Positions 63,375 to 64,000 of a DNA stretch of 64,000 bases are shown piece after piece. Under the pieces are notes generated by a model. It was not told the origin of the DNA, did not search any database, and was given only the letters and a program-made list of their open reading frames with translations. The DNA comes from an uncultured Armatimonadia bacterium (lineage in GTDB: Bacteria; Armatimonadota; Zipacnadia; CAVVLO01), in assembly GCA_963749155.1 (NCBI GenBank), contig CAVVLO010000003.1, positions 32,001 through 96,000 on the forward strand, read 5' to 3'. The translations under genes were made by a program, and so were the position numbers. The first letter of the stretch is position 1; every line of letters starts with the position of its first letter.

Positions 63375-64000
63375 CTAAATAATAGCACATATCCGCTGAG
63401 TCAGACATTCGACCCGTTTTGCAGGCGGGTGCCCATTTTCGCACAGCCGTAGGTCGTACAGCCGCCGTTTTCCTGCCAGCCATCGCGGCCTGGGTTACAA
63501 GCCAATAGACTGATTTCCCGGCTGAGTCCGGCCCGTTCTCGCAACCGTAAGTCGTACAGCCGCCGTTTTCCTGCCAGCCATCGCGGCCTGGGTTACAAGC
63601 CAATAGACTGATTTCCCGGCTAGTCCGGCCCGTTTTCGCAACCGTAGGTCGTACAGCCGCCGTTTTCCTGCCAGCCATCGCGGCCTGGGTTACAAGCCAA
63701 TAGACTGATTTCCCGGTGTAGTCCGGCCCGTTTTCGCAACCGTAGGTCGTGCAGCCGCCGTTTTCCTGCCAGCCATCGCGGCCTGGGTTACAAGCCAATA
63801 GACTGATTTCCCGGCTGTCGGCCCGTTTTCGCAACCGTAGGTCGTACAGCCGCCGTTTTCCTGCCAGCCATCGCGGCCTGGGTTACAAGCCAATAGACTG
63901 ATTTCCCGGCAGTCCGGCCCGTTTTCACAGCCGTAGGTCGTACAGCCGCCGTTTTCCTGCCAGCACTCCCGGTGATGGGGTATCTCGCAGGCCCTGCAGA
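63375..64000 (-). CDS. 3' end of a prokaryotic RING-finger protein (Prok-RING_1-like) with tandem C-terminal repeats; 5' part outside the window
   Basis: Minus strand from the window edge reads CRACEIPHHRECWQENGGCTTYGC, then repeats; the frame is interrupted at each repeat junction. Confidence 0.6.
63431..63964. repeat. Tandem repeat, about 5.5 copies, periods 98/97/98/95/96 bp (inferred consensus 99 bp)
   Basis: The CCGTA(G/A)GTCGT anchor occurs at 63447, 63545, 63642, 63740, 63835 and 63931. Confidence 0.95.

Noticed and set aside
63431..63964. CRISPR array
   Set aside because: The whole unit is repeated with no unique spacers, substitutions are synonymous in a coding frame, and no cas genes are in view.

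Overview
High-GC bacterial chromosomal window, most likely Armatimonadota or a related diderm Terrabacteria lineage. This is inferred from a DUF1559-type prepilin protein with the [32 protein letters not shown] signature and from tandem SLH-anchored porins. The window is dominated by secreted carbohydrate-active enzymes (GH57, GH29-like, GH43-like, GH116-like, GH127 x2, GH99-like, GH31, GH32, GxGYxYP, beta-helix proteins), a sulfatase, sugar ABC transporter parts, an L-rhamnose isomerase, two GT-C glycosyltransferases and the RNase P RNA gene. Roughly 18 genes are broken by single-base frameshifts, most simply explained as long-read consensus errors. The most notable unexplained features are: (1) a recurring non-coding element (sigma54-like TGGCACG-N4-TTG(C/T) box followed by a five-G-tract, G-quadruplex-type motif) in 4 copies, each co-oriented with the downstream secreted-protein gene; (2) about 14 copies of a sigmaH-like GCAGGR-N15-17-NGAA promoter motif; (3) two signal-peptide proteins that appear to carry phage tailspike or tail-derived domains; (4) a ~99-bp tandem repeat with only synonymous substitutions that amplifies the C-terminal half of a prokaryotic RING finger; (5) a long structured leader upstream of the SLH-porin pair. 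No CRISPR array, tRNA, transposase or integrase was seen. All family calls come from motif recognition by eye, not from database searches.
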